This document shows, one piece after another, positions 53,690-64,000 of a stretch of DNA of 64,000 bases. The position numbers were made by a program, and so were the translations under genes. A model generated the notes under the pieces. That model was not told the DNA's origin. It did no database searches and was given only the letters and a program-made list of their open reading frames with translations. Where the stretch lies: the NCBI RefSeq assembly GCF_006345805.1, contig NC_042997.1, positions 60,946,001 to 61,010,000 on the forward strand. Direction: 5' to 3'. Within the stretch, counting starts at the first letter, position 1. Every line of letters starts with the position of its first letter. The stretch is from Octopus sinensis (taxonomy: Eukaryota).

Positions 53690-54352
53690 ATGGAAATTAA
53701 GGGGTCTTACTAACTTCTAAGAAGTTAAAATTTTAGAAATATTACTTCATTTGTGTCTAATATCTATGGTTGAAATTTCATCAACAGCAAAAATATGTAA
53801 ATTTTCATGGGGGTTATGGCCTCATTTATGCCACCTCACTTTCAAACATATACTGAATTACATCTGTCCTTATACACAGAAAATAATTTCCAAATTTCAT
53901 AAAGTTCCATTCAGTACTTTTGACCTAGTTTTGGATCATAAAAAATGACTAAAATTTGGGAGTTAAGGCCCCCATTAGGGGGTTTTAGAATCCTCATGAG
54001 AAGCAGAAACTTTGGGAACACTTTTTGATGTGTATCAATTACCTATGGTTGAAATTTCATCAACATCAGAAATTTATGAATTTTCATGGGGGGTTCTGAC
54101 CCCTTTAAGCCACCTCAAAGCCACCGAACATACTGCATTATACCCGTCCTTATGCATTGAATCTAAGTTCCAATTATCATAAGAATCCATTCAGTAATTT
54201 TGGTCCATGAAATTGTATGAAACATACAGCATTATCCTTCACCCTAGGCTTGGATTTTGTGTTCCAAATTTCATTAGGATCGGTGCAGTAGTTTTCAAAT
54301 CTATAAGTAACACACAAACACACATAAAGACATTGACTTTTATATAATAGAT
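53690..54352 (+). mobile_element. Non-autonomous Helitron-like repeat with ~280-bp internal duplication
   Basis: Ends ccaaatttcattaggatcggtgcagtagttt...cacacaaac...ttttatataatag|at, like small Helitron-type elements I recall; ctatggttgaaatttcatcaaca occurs at 53764 and 54043. Confidence 0.45.
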
Positions 54353-54424
54353 ATGAATATGCACATATATGTACATGTTTGGGTGTGTGTGTACGCGCGT
54401 GCATGCGCATGTGTGTGTGTGTAT

Positions 54425-54460
<36 letters not shown>

Positions 54461-54519
54461 GAGAAAGATAGATTGATAGATTCAATTGAGTGGTCAAACA
54501 AAAATATGAGACACTGCCA

Positions 54520-54706
54520 GTGCTTCTTTTATTTTGATAAGCCTGGTACTTATTCTATTAGTCACGTTTTGTCAAACCACTAAGTTATGGGGATGTAAAT
54601 AAACCAACAACAGTTGTCAAGCAGTGATAAGGGAGAAACACAGACACCTACATATATACATCCATATATATGTATGTATATATGTATGTGTATATATATA
54701 TATATG

Positions 54707-54740
<34 letters not shown>

Positions 54741-54741
54741 C

Positions 54742-54774
<33 letters not shown>

Positions 54775-54881
54775 CATATGTACACACACACATATATATA
54801 TATACATATATATATATATTACATATATATATATATATACATTATATATATATATATGCACATATATATATATATATATAC

Positions 54882-54915
<34 letters not shown>

Positions 54916-55038
54916 AACATATATATAATATATATATAATATAATATATATACATATAATATATATATATATAATATATATATATTATATATATACATAC
55001 ACATATATATATATACATACATATACATATATATATAT

Positions 55039-55104
<66 letters not shown>

Positions 55105-55257
55105 GGTTGATTTCTTTCAGTTTCTGTCTACAAAACCCACTCACAAGGCTTTGGTTGGTCTGAGGCTATAGCAGGAGACACATACCAAGTTAACACACAG
55201 TTGTACTGAACCCAGGACCAAGTGTTTTGGAGCCAAGCTACTTACCACACACCCACA

Positions 55258-55258
<1 letters not shown>
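54520..55258 (-). mobile_element. SINE family A with internal microsatellite expanded to ~450 bp
   Basis: 3' half at 54520-54650 and 5' half at 55100-55258 flank the (TA)n. Confidence 0.7.
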
Positions 55259-55340
<82 letters not shown>

Positions 55341-55362
55341 ATATTACATATACCTCTATTTC

Positions 55363-55394
<32 letters not shown>

Positions 55395-55435
55395 CATATA
55401 CATATACACATAAATACATGCATACATATATTTAT

Positions 55436-55484
<49 letters not shown>

Positions 55485-55869
55485 TACATATATACAATAT
55501 ATGAATATATATAGTATATATATATATATATAATTATATATTATAATTATAAAGAAAATAGTAAAGTGTGAAAAAACGACAGAAGGCTTAAATGTTAAAA
55601 AATATATATATTTGTGTCAAAATGTGTGGAGAATATTGGAAAAATTTTTTTTCCTTTCCTTAAAATGACATAATTTTTAAAATTTTTAAAGAAATTACCG
55701 GTTTCGCGTGTAGCTTTTCAAATTTCTTGTGACGTTATGTTTATATTGCATGGAATTATCGTTGTTTTTATTTCCAGGAGATTTCTAAATAAGGGGAGGT
55801 AGTGAGTGATTTTTTCCGGTGTAGGGGAGATAATCGCTTAAAATTTTTTTTTTTTTTCCCTTTTCCTTG

Positions 55870-56283
55870 TTAATTTCTCTGTGTCAGTATGTTCGGATGG
55901 TTGAGTCTGGGTTTGTACTTTTCAATGAAGAATGTTTCCTTGTTCAGTCTCATTTGTGTTGATGATCCGAAAGCACATTGGTAAAATGGGAAGATTAAAA
56001 ATTGTGGCAGTAGTTGCTTTGCGCATTTCTCAATGTGCTCACTAAAAGGTATCATTCTATATTCTGGGAATGCAATCTGTTGTCGATGCAGTGTGCATCT
56101 GCGCCTGAGTGATAGTCCCGTGGAACCCACGTAGTCTTGGTGGCAGCCCGAGCATTTAATAACATAAATTATGTTTTCAGAGGCACATAAAGTTAGATTT
56201 GATCTTAAATTTCTGTCCCTCTTTAAAGAAGAATTCTGATCCTTCCAATAGGTTAGGACATGTTGCACAGTTCGATCTACCAC
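55870..56283 (-). pseudogene. Inverted copy of the GIY-YIG domain with a 2-bp deletion
   Basis: Identical to 57727-58179 from CASEN onward; frameshifted near 56185. Confidence 0.85.
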
Positions 56284-56823
56284 ATTTTTTTACTTTTGCA
56301 TCCGTAATTTTAGAAGACAATTTTGCCTTTGTGAGAATCTTTTTAAGTGATTTAGGCTGTTTGTAGCTTTTAATGATTTGGTGTATGTTTAGAATTTCCT
56401 TTAATTTTGGGTTTTTATGAAGTATTGGTAAATTCTGGGTGATGATGGTGAAGGCTTCTTTGTTTCTGGGGTTGTATGTAGATATGTAAGGTAGTATTTT
56501 CGGGGAAGGTGTGTTGTTGTGTTGAACTTTTCTTAAAGTTTCTATGTTGATTTCTGTTGCACGTCTGATCCCATCCTCTATGAGTTGAGCTGGGTAATGT
56601 CTGTCAATTAGGGTGTTTTTTGAGTTCTTGCAGTCTAAAGTTCCTGGTATTTTGTTCTGACACTATTGTGCATATCCTTCTTGCAAGGTTGAAGGGGATG
56701 TTTGTTTTAGTGTGTCTTGGGTGCATGAATTAAAAAGAAGGTATTGTTTGGCGTCTGTGGCTTTGTAAAAAATGTCTGTTTCTATTTTAAGGTTAATTTT
56801 TTTAATTAGTATATCCAAGAACG

Positions 56824-57677
56824 GAGGCAATACAATTCTGGTTAGACCAATTTCCGGAAGAAATACCAAAAAGGATCAGTAAGGAATTCATTACTAAATC
56901 AATTGAATTCATCCTACACAATAACCACTTCATGTTTGACAATACATTTTACCGTCAAAAATCCGGAATTGCTATGGGTACAAGGGCAGCACCAGTCATT
57001 GCGAACTTAACAATGGGATACATGGAAATAATCATTTACCAGGAATCTCTATCAATCTTTGGAAACTCCCTCTCTCAATACATAAAAGAGAATTGGAAAC
57101 GATTCCTAGACGATTGTTTCATTCTCTGGAATGAAAACATAGATAAACTCCTAAAATTTAAAAACCTATTGAACAGCATAAACCCAAATATACAGTTCAC
57201 AATGGAATACAACCAAAAGGAGCTCCCGTTCTTGGATATACTAATTAAAAAAATTAACCTTAAATAGAAACAGACATTTTTTACAAAGCCACAGATGCCA
57301 AACAATACCTTCTTTTTAATTCATGCCACCCAAGACACACTAAAACAAACATCCCCTTCAACCTTGCAAGAAGGATATGCACAATAGTGTCAGAACAAAA
57401 TACCAGGAACTTTAGACTGCAAGAACTCAAAAACACCCTAATTGACAGACATTACCCAGCTCAACTCATAGAGGATGGGATCAGACGTGCAACAGAAATC
57501 AACATAGAAACTTTAAGAAAAGTTCAACACAACAACACCCTTCCCCGAAAATACTACCTTACATATCTACATACAACCCCAGAAACAAAGAAGCCTTCAC
57601 CATCATCACCCAGAATTTACCAATACTTCATAAAACCCAAAATTAAAAGGAATTCTAAACATACACCAAATCATTAA
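56824..57677 (+). pseudogene. PLE reverse transcriptase, palm to thumb, frameshifted
   Basis: EAIQFWLDQFPEEIPKRISKEF...NNHFMFDNTFYRQKSGIAMG...RFLDDCFILW...ELPFLDIL, then a frameshift near 57263, then YKATDAKQYLLFNSCHP. Confidence 0.88.
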
Positions 57678-57726
57678 AAGCTACAAACAGCCTAAATCAC
57701 TTAAAAAGATTCTCACAAAGGCAAAA

Positions 57727-58179
57727 TTGTCTTCTAAAATTACGGATGCAAAAGTAAAAAAATGTGGTAGATCGAACTGTGCAACATGTCCTAACCTATT
57801 GGAAGGATCAGAATTCTTCTTTAAAGAGGGACAGAAATTTAAGATCAAATCTAACTTTACTTGTGCCTCTGAAAACATAATTTATGTTATTAAATGCTCG
57901 GGCTGCCACCAAGACTACGTGGGTTCCACGGGACTATCACTCAGGCGCAGATGCACACTGCATCGACAACAGATTGCATTCCCAGAATATAGAATGATAC
58001 CTTTTAGTGAGCACATTGAGAAATGCGCAAAGCAACTACTGCCACAATTTTTAATCTTCCCATTTTACCAATGTGCTTTCGGATCATCAACACAAATGAG
58101 ACTGAACAAGGAAACATTCTTCATTGAAAAGTACAAACCCAGACTCAACCATCCGAACATACTGACACAGAGAAATTAA
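57727..58179 (+). CDS. PLE GIY-YIG endonuclease domain (C-terminal part of the element ORF)
   Basis: KCGRSNCATC...SENIIYVIKCSGCHQDYVGSTGLSLRRRCTLH...RLNKETFFIEKY. Confidence 0.85.
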   Translation: MSSKITDAKVKKCGRSNCATCPNLLEGSEFFFKEGQKFKIKSNFTCASENIIYVIKCSGCHQDYVGSTGLSLRRRCTLHRQQIAFPEYRMIPFSEHIEKCAKQLLPQFLIFPFYQCAFGSSTQMRLNKETFFIEKYKPRLNHPNILTQRN

Positions 58180-58320
58180 CAAGGAAAAGGGAAAAAAAAA
58201 AAATTTTAAGCGATTATCTCCCCTACACCGGAAAAAATCACTCCTCACTACCTCCCCTTATTTAGAAATCTCCTGGAAATAAAAACAACGATAATTCCAT
58301 GCAAATAAACATAACGTCAC

Positions 58321-58360
58321 AAGAAATTTGAAAAGCTACACGCGAAACCGGTAATTTCTT
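58321..58360 (+). ncRNA. Minimal type-I hammerhead ribozyme, U3:A8 variant (identical copy at 55689-55728, minus)
   Basis: AAGAAAU-UUGAAAA-GC UACAC GC-GAA-ACCGGU-A-AUUUCUU: 7-bp stem I, 2-bp stem II, palindromic stem III. Confidence 0.7.
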
Positions 58361-58537
58361 TAAAAATTTTAAAAATTATGTCATTTTAAGGAAAGGAAAA
58401 AAAATTTTTCCAATATTCTCCAGACATTTTGACACAAATATATAATTTTTTAACATTTAAGCCTTCTGTCGTTTTTTCACACTTTACTATTTTTCTTATA
58501 TATCACCCACGTGCTTTACCATACAAACTTTCTTATC

Positions 58538-58801
58538 TATATATATATATATATATATACACTTGTATTATATATAATATACACTTGTATATATATATAT
58601 ATATATATACATTTATACATATACATGTGTATATATAGATGTATACATATACATCTATACATATACATCTACATATATACATCTGTGCAGATGTATACAT
58701 AATATATATTATATATACACATATATATATATACATATATAATAATACATATATATATATATACTATACATATTATATATATATATAATATATATAGATA
58801 T

Positions 58802-58849
<48 letters not shown>

Positions 58850-58854
58850 CAATA

Positions 58855-58904
<50 letters not shown>

Positions 58905-58932
58905 ATATATATTATATATATATATATATATA
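58538..58932. repeat. (TA)n/(TACA)n field
   Basis: Direct reading. Confidence 0.95.
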
Positions 58933-59239
58933 TACATACATATATATATATTTCAGACTAGAGCCTGGTGCAGCCTCCTGACTTCCCAGACCCCGGTCGA
59001 ACAGTCCAACCCATGCTAGCATGGAAAACGGACGTTAAACGATGATGATTATGATGATATATATATACATAATATATATATTATATATATGTATACACAC
59101 ATGTATGTATGCCTGTATATATAAGTTATTAGTTTCACTTTAATAGTTTCAGTATTAATAGTAAAACTATTAAAGTGAAAGTATCTGACATTACAATTCA
59201 GAGATGTTATTGTTTCACTTTTGACACGTAATACTGAAA

Positions 59240-59470
59240 TACTGGTTGTCAAGCGTTGGTGGGCGACAAACACACACATACACACACAACCAGTGGTGGT
59301 TTGTTTGCATCCAAATAACTGAGCTCTTTGACAAAAAGCGAACGATAGAATAAGCAAAACTTTAAAAAACAATCAATAACTACTGGGGTCGAATTTTTTC
59401 CCGACTAAACCCTGGAAGGCGGTGCCCCAACATGGCCAAGGTCAAATAACTGAGACAAGTAAATGATATC
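59240..59470 (+). mobile_element. SINE family A, 3' half
   Basis: gttgtcaagcg...ggcggtgccccaacatggcc...gtcaaataactgagacaagtaa. Confidence 0.6.
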
Positions 59471-60949
59471 TATAATGTTATAATTTTATACTTTATAATT
59501 AAAAATCTTTCCATTCATTAAATACAAGCAAACAATCTAGGATGTACGTAAGCATGTTTTTATGTACACGCGCACACACATTTTATTCTCAAATTTACAA
59601 CTCATTGCACAGTGAATCAAGAGGGAACGCCTGTAGCACATAGTTCGTCTGCTTTGCAAGTTTGGCATGCGCATGCTTATATAAATTGCTTTAAATTATA
59701 TGACAATTACTTTTTCACATGTATTCCGCAAACTGAATCCGTAATATCATACAAGGGAAGTAACTCATGTTAAATCATATATGAGGAATTTTTTTTTTTT
59801 TAATTCAGGCTTGGTCTTAATGTAGTATTTTATCTATTGTCAAGGAAGGATTATAGATGCTTGAATTATTGAATGCTAGCGCTATTCCTTATTTTATTGA
59901 TCACCTAAATAATAAAGGTAATGTACATGACATCTGGATTTCATCCTAGCTCAATAAAGTACCAAAACTGGAATAGCATGTTATTTACATAGGAATAAAT
60001 AAATAAATAAAAATACCTATATTGACACAGTTCGAAACTGGTTTTATTCAGAAATCTATTATTTATTTATTAGTTATTCTTGTTTATTTATTGATTGATT
60101 ACGCCTATTTACCTATTCATTGATTTTATTTAATTATTACTTTTGTTCATAAATTATTGAATAATGAAGATAATAGCTGATAAAACATTATTGGATTACA
60201 CTCCCCTTCTGTTTAAACTATTTGTATGGAACAATTTAAATAATTCCATCCAGATGCAGTCTCAGAATTAATTTTCATTGTTTTGTGTGTGTATGTGTGT
60301 GTGTGTGTAATGTCTCTTTGAATGGATGTATAAGAGAGATAGAAAGAGGGAGAGAGAATAACAGATACATGTATCATCTTATCATGTTCATGTAGGCATG
60401 GGTTGGATGGTTTGATAGGATCCAATGGTCCCAAGGGGTGCATTGTGTGTAAAAGATGCATAGAGTTCATATATTTAATTTCTTTTGTTTACGTTTTTTA
60501 TTTACTTATTATATGTGTGTACATCATATGATGGTTATAAATGAGCATCATCATAATACAGGCAAGGTTGTTCTTTTCCAGTCCTCAGTGAATAACATGA
60601 CTAGCTATGGGAAAATATTACCTTGCTTGGAAAGTAGTGAAAGTTGGCAGTAAGAAGGTCATACAGCTGCAGAAAATCTGCCCTTTCAAATTCTGTTTGA
60701 CTCATGCAAGCAGGAAAAGTGGATGTTAAACATAGACATCATATATGTGTATTGGTGGCAATTTTTCCTTATTTTTCCTTCTTTCTCTTTGGACTTTTCT
60801 CTTTCCTACGAAGAGCTATGCTCGAAATGTTAACAACTCTCTCTTTTCACTGAGCGTCAAATTAATATATTGCTTGTGCCCGTCCTCACATTCATTTTTC
60901 TTTGTCTTTTCCATTTTTTATTTGTTTTCTTTGTATTGACTATATATAT

Positions 60950-61011
<62 letters not shown>

Positions 61012-61016
<5 letters not shown>

Positions 61017-61900
61017 ATTGTTAAACAGGACAGCAAACATTAAGGCAAGGCAAACATCTCAAGTCATATATAATATTATTATAGGAAGAAATTCAAAATC
61101 ATACAGCTGTTTCCCGAGTATGAGATATTCTGTCATCAGAGACAAATAGGGGAAAAGACTATGGAAAATGAGAATGGTATATAGTAATAGGATGACAACT
61201 TTGAGGAAGGGAGTAAAAGAATAAGGAGATGGGAAGAAGAAAAAGAAGCATAAAAGTTCATAGTTCAACTTTCAGAAGTTATAGAAACCAGAGCACAAGT
61301 CTTTAGGTGGAACTCTGTGTAGATCCAAGAGTGTAAGTCCTTAGGTGCAATCTTGTGTATATCCATGTGGGTTAAAATCCTGATATAGTAGTCATCCCAA
61401 AAAAAGGACACAAGCATATCAACGTTCAATAACAGAATGGTAGTGGAGATGGCTACTAATTGGTAAAAGTAAAGAAAATAAATAGAAAGATAGGTAGATA
61501 GAGTGAGGTAGGGGGATATTAAGGATTGGCTATAGGATAAAGTAAGGTGCATAGGTGTATGGTGTCTAAGAATTGTGTATGGGGTAACCAAGAAGATAAG
61601 AGAGGAGGAGGAGGTAGAGAAAGATAGGGTAAAAAAATAGAGCAAAATGAACAGAATTTAATGAGAGTAGTAGAGGTCTAAAGTTACTGGGGAGGAAATT
61701 TGGTAGTAATTGCTTGTGCCCGTCCTGGCTAAGGCCAGTGGCTGTAGAGTTATTTTTAGCAATGGAGTTCTGGGTGGTAGTAGCTAAGAAAGGAAGAGCT
61801 AGTTGAATGTTAAATTATTTATGAGTGGGAGATAGAGTTAGGTTGTTTATAGTAGGGGATTTATAGGGTTAAGGTTTAAAAATAAATTAAGGATAAATTA
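61012..61900 (-). mobile_element. PLE pLTR-like repeat with hammerhead motif; G-rich on the + strand
   Basis: 61012-61440 is homologous to 18540-18935; ctgatga...gaaacagctgta on the minus strand at 61102-61139. Confidence 0.55.
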
Positions 61901-62126
61901 AAGAATTAATATACATATATATATATATATATTGATAAGAGTGGTAAGACAACAAAAGAATGAAAGAGACCTCGATATTATGCAAATAGAGGAACTTATC
62001 TGTAAAAGTAATAATATAATATAATGAAATTATCGTATACAGTGCTCAGGTGCACTACAACTTGCCACCACCTCTTCAGTTATCCGGCCATCGGGAAAAA
62101 TGCCTTTACATTTTTTCCGATGGCCA

Positions 62127-62187
62127 GATAACTGAAGAGATAGCAACGTGGATTTCCACCTCGGCATCCGAAACTCGGAGTTTTATC
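62127..62187 (+). ncRNA. Hammerhead ribozyme-like motif
   Basis: GAUAA-CUGAAGA-stem II (inner GUGG AUUU CCAC)-GAAACUCGGAGU-U-UUAUC. Confidence 0.55.
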
Positions 62188-62289
62188 ATGGCTACCGAAT
62201 AATTGTCACATATTACTATTACACACACACACACACACACATATATATACATAAGAGCGTTGTAGTTTGCTTGAAGTATTGTAGTACAG

Positions 62290-62416
62290 AAGAAGGTAAA
62301 AAGAGAGAAAATTGAAAGCTTCTGACAAAGTGGAAAGTTTAATTAAACCTTTGTAAGGTTTTATTAAACTTTCCACATTGTCAGAAGCTTTCTATTTTCT
62401 TTCATCTTACCTTCTT
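62290..62416. repeat. 127-bp imperfect palindrome
   Basis: gaaagcttctgacaaagtggaaagttt / aaactttccacattgtcagaagctttc. Confidence 0.9.
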
Positions 62417-62431
62417 ATATATATAAATAGA

Positions 62432-62740
62432 ATGTGTGAAGGTGCATGACTTAGTGGTTAGGGTGTTGCACTCACAATTGCAAAATCATGATTTTGATTA
62501 CCAGACTGGGTGTTACATTGTGTTCTTGAACAAAACATTTCATTTCATGTTGCTCTGCGATCAATTCATCATTTGACTTGTGGCATGTGATGCACCTGTG
62601 CAGGTAATGTCAATTTGATGGAGGTGGGGAGTGAGCTTATGTGAGTAAAAATACATTTGATCACTATAAACATCTGTGTAGTTGTTCAGCAAGAAATTGC
62701 AGAACCCTCATATGTAGTCTTACAGTGGGAGTATCCGTGA
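62432..62740 (+). mobile_element. tRNA-headed CORE-like SINE
   Basis: gtgaaggtgcatgacttagtggttagggtg...gtgttcttgaacaaaacatttcatttc. Confidence 0.65.
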
Positions 62741-64000
62741 TATATATATATACACACACACATTTGTATGTATATATGTGTTTATATATAAAACAAATAA
62801 GAGTATCTTAAATAACACACAAAATAAAAATCTAAATCTATTGAAATTGTCTCTCCTTCAATGAAAGGTAGATGTATCACTTGGTGGCAATTAGTACCAA
62901 TTTTAAATGAGAAGGTGATATAACACCAAGAATCAGGAATTCTCTAAAATTGACATAGCATTAAGGGAAAAACTGTGTAATTTAACAATCAGATAAGAGG
63001 ACAGCCTCAGTAAGTGTTGTCAGCACAGCATTTATTCTACCTTATCTCAAAAGCAGAGGATCACATTTATGGCCTAGGTAATTTGCATAAATAAAATGAA
63101 AATGAGCTAAGAGAAATAACTCAGAGTGGTCAGTGACATATGTTTGATCAACAGACAAATATGGGTATATTTGATCTTAATACAACATAAATTCTTGAGT
63201 TACTGAAATTATATCTACTTCTAGAGAAGGTAGACCACTCATTTGGTGATATTTGGAACTGGTGCTCATTGTTACCAAGTGATTGCTCCATTCTCTCTAC
63301 AAGTAGAGATAATTTCAATGAAGAATTTTTTTCTTCTATATTAATTAATACAGCCTTATGTTGACATACACAAACACAGTTGCAAAGAGAGAAGACAAAT
63401 TCATAATTTTAAAGTTGGAAAATTAAAAAGAAACATAATATTTAGTTTTTGATGTACTAATACATGGGCAACAGTTCCTTCCCAAATCATATAGACCATA
63501 GGACTGATTTTCGAGTTTCTGCAGGATATATGTTCTCCATGGGAACATATATGCCAGTCCATTGCAGAAATTCTCACCATTGCTAGCTAAGTGGACTGCT
63601 CAAGCACATAACACATTGCTCAGACTGTGAATTAAAACTACAATCTTACAATTATGAGTCCAACACATTAACCACTAAACCACATGCCTTCCCTCATGTG
63701 CAACATATAAATTATATACAAACAGAACTTTGTTGTTAGGTCTAATTAAATTTTTTTTAAATGGTGAAGTGTGTCTGTGACATTTGCAGGACTTCTAGGT
63801 TAGTGAGGTTGATGTTTTTGGTGCTAATATTGAAGTTCTGCAGGCTAGAGATGAGCAATATAGCAAGCAGGCTTACATACCAGACATGATCAGAGATTTT
63901 GCATATATCAAGTATAACAATATTTTTTCCCAAACTTTTCCCATACCACTGCTGAATGACATGAGCAAATTACCAGGTTCTATAGATAATCACTGAAGAA

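Larger units (their letters stand above)
55548..58500 (+). mobile_element. 5'-truncated Penelope-like retroelement (Neptune/Naiad-type linker) with inverted upstream copy
   Basis: Arm 55548-56824 is the reverse complement of 57226-58500 with a 401-bp spacer. RT motifs GIAMGTRAAP and RFLDDCF, a Cx4Cx2C linker and a GIY-YIG domain are present; flanked by (TA)n. Confidence 0.93.

Noticed and set aside
57727-58179. Possible selenocysteine recoding, as reported for some PLE clades
   Set aside because: All conserved Cys positions I read in the RT, linker and GIY-YIG are TGT or TGC; there is no in-frame TGA.
1-64000. CRISPR arrays, rRNA or prokaryotic operon structure
   Set aside because: None seen; the sequence is eukaryotic, repeat-rich DNA.

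Overview
AT-rich, microsatellite-dense eukaryotic DNA. The repeat families look like those I recall from Octopus genomes; this is an inference, not a database result. Most of the window is transposon debris: two full-length but decayed Tc1 (DD34E) elements, a decayed mariner, mariner-type and piggyBac-type MITEs, fragments of CR1, RTE and R4/Dong-like LINEs, at least four SINE families, and three Penelope-like element (PLE) loci. The clearest structure is a young, 5'-truncated PLE (RT plus GIY-YIG) at 55548-58500. It carries ~1.28-kb inverted arms, sits inside (TA)n, and each arm holds a minimal hammerhead ribozyme (HHR) with a U3:A8 core variant. About ten shorter fold-back palindromes and about eight HHR-like relics are scattered across the window, usually beside (TA)n, and in several cases the fold-back junction falls in or next to the HHR motif. 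A phase-consistent run of minus-strand candidate exons (12041-12938) suggests an unidentified host gene. No rRNA, genuine tRNA gene or CRISPR array was seen. Repeat boundaries are approximate unless TIRs or TSDs are cited.
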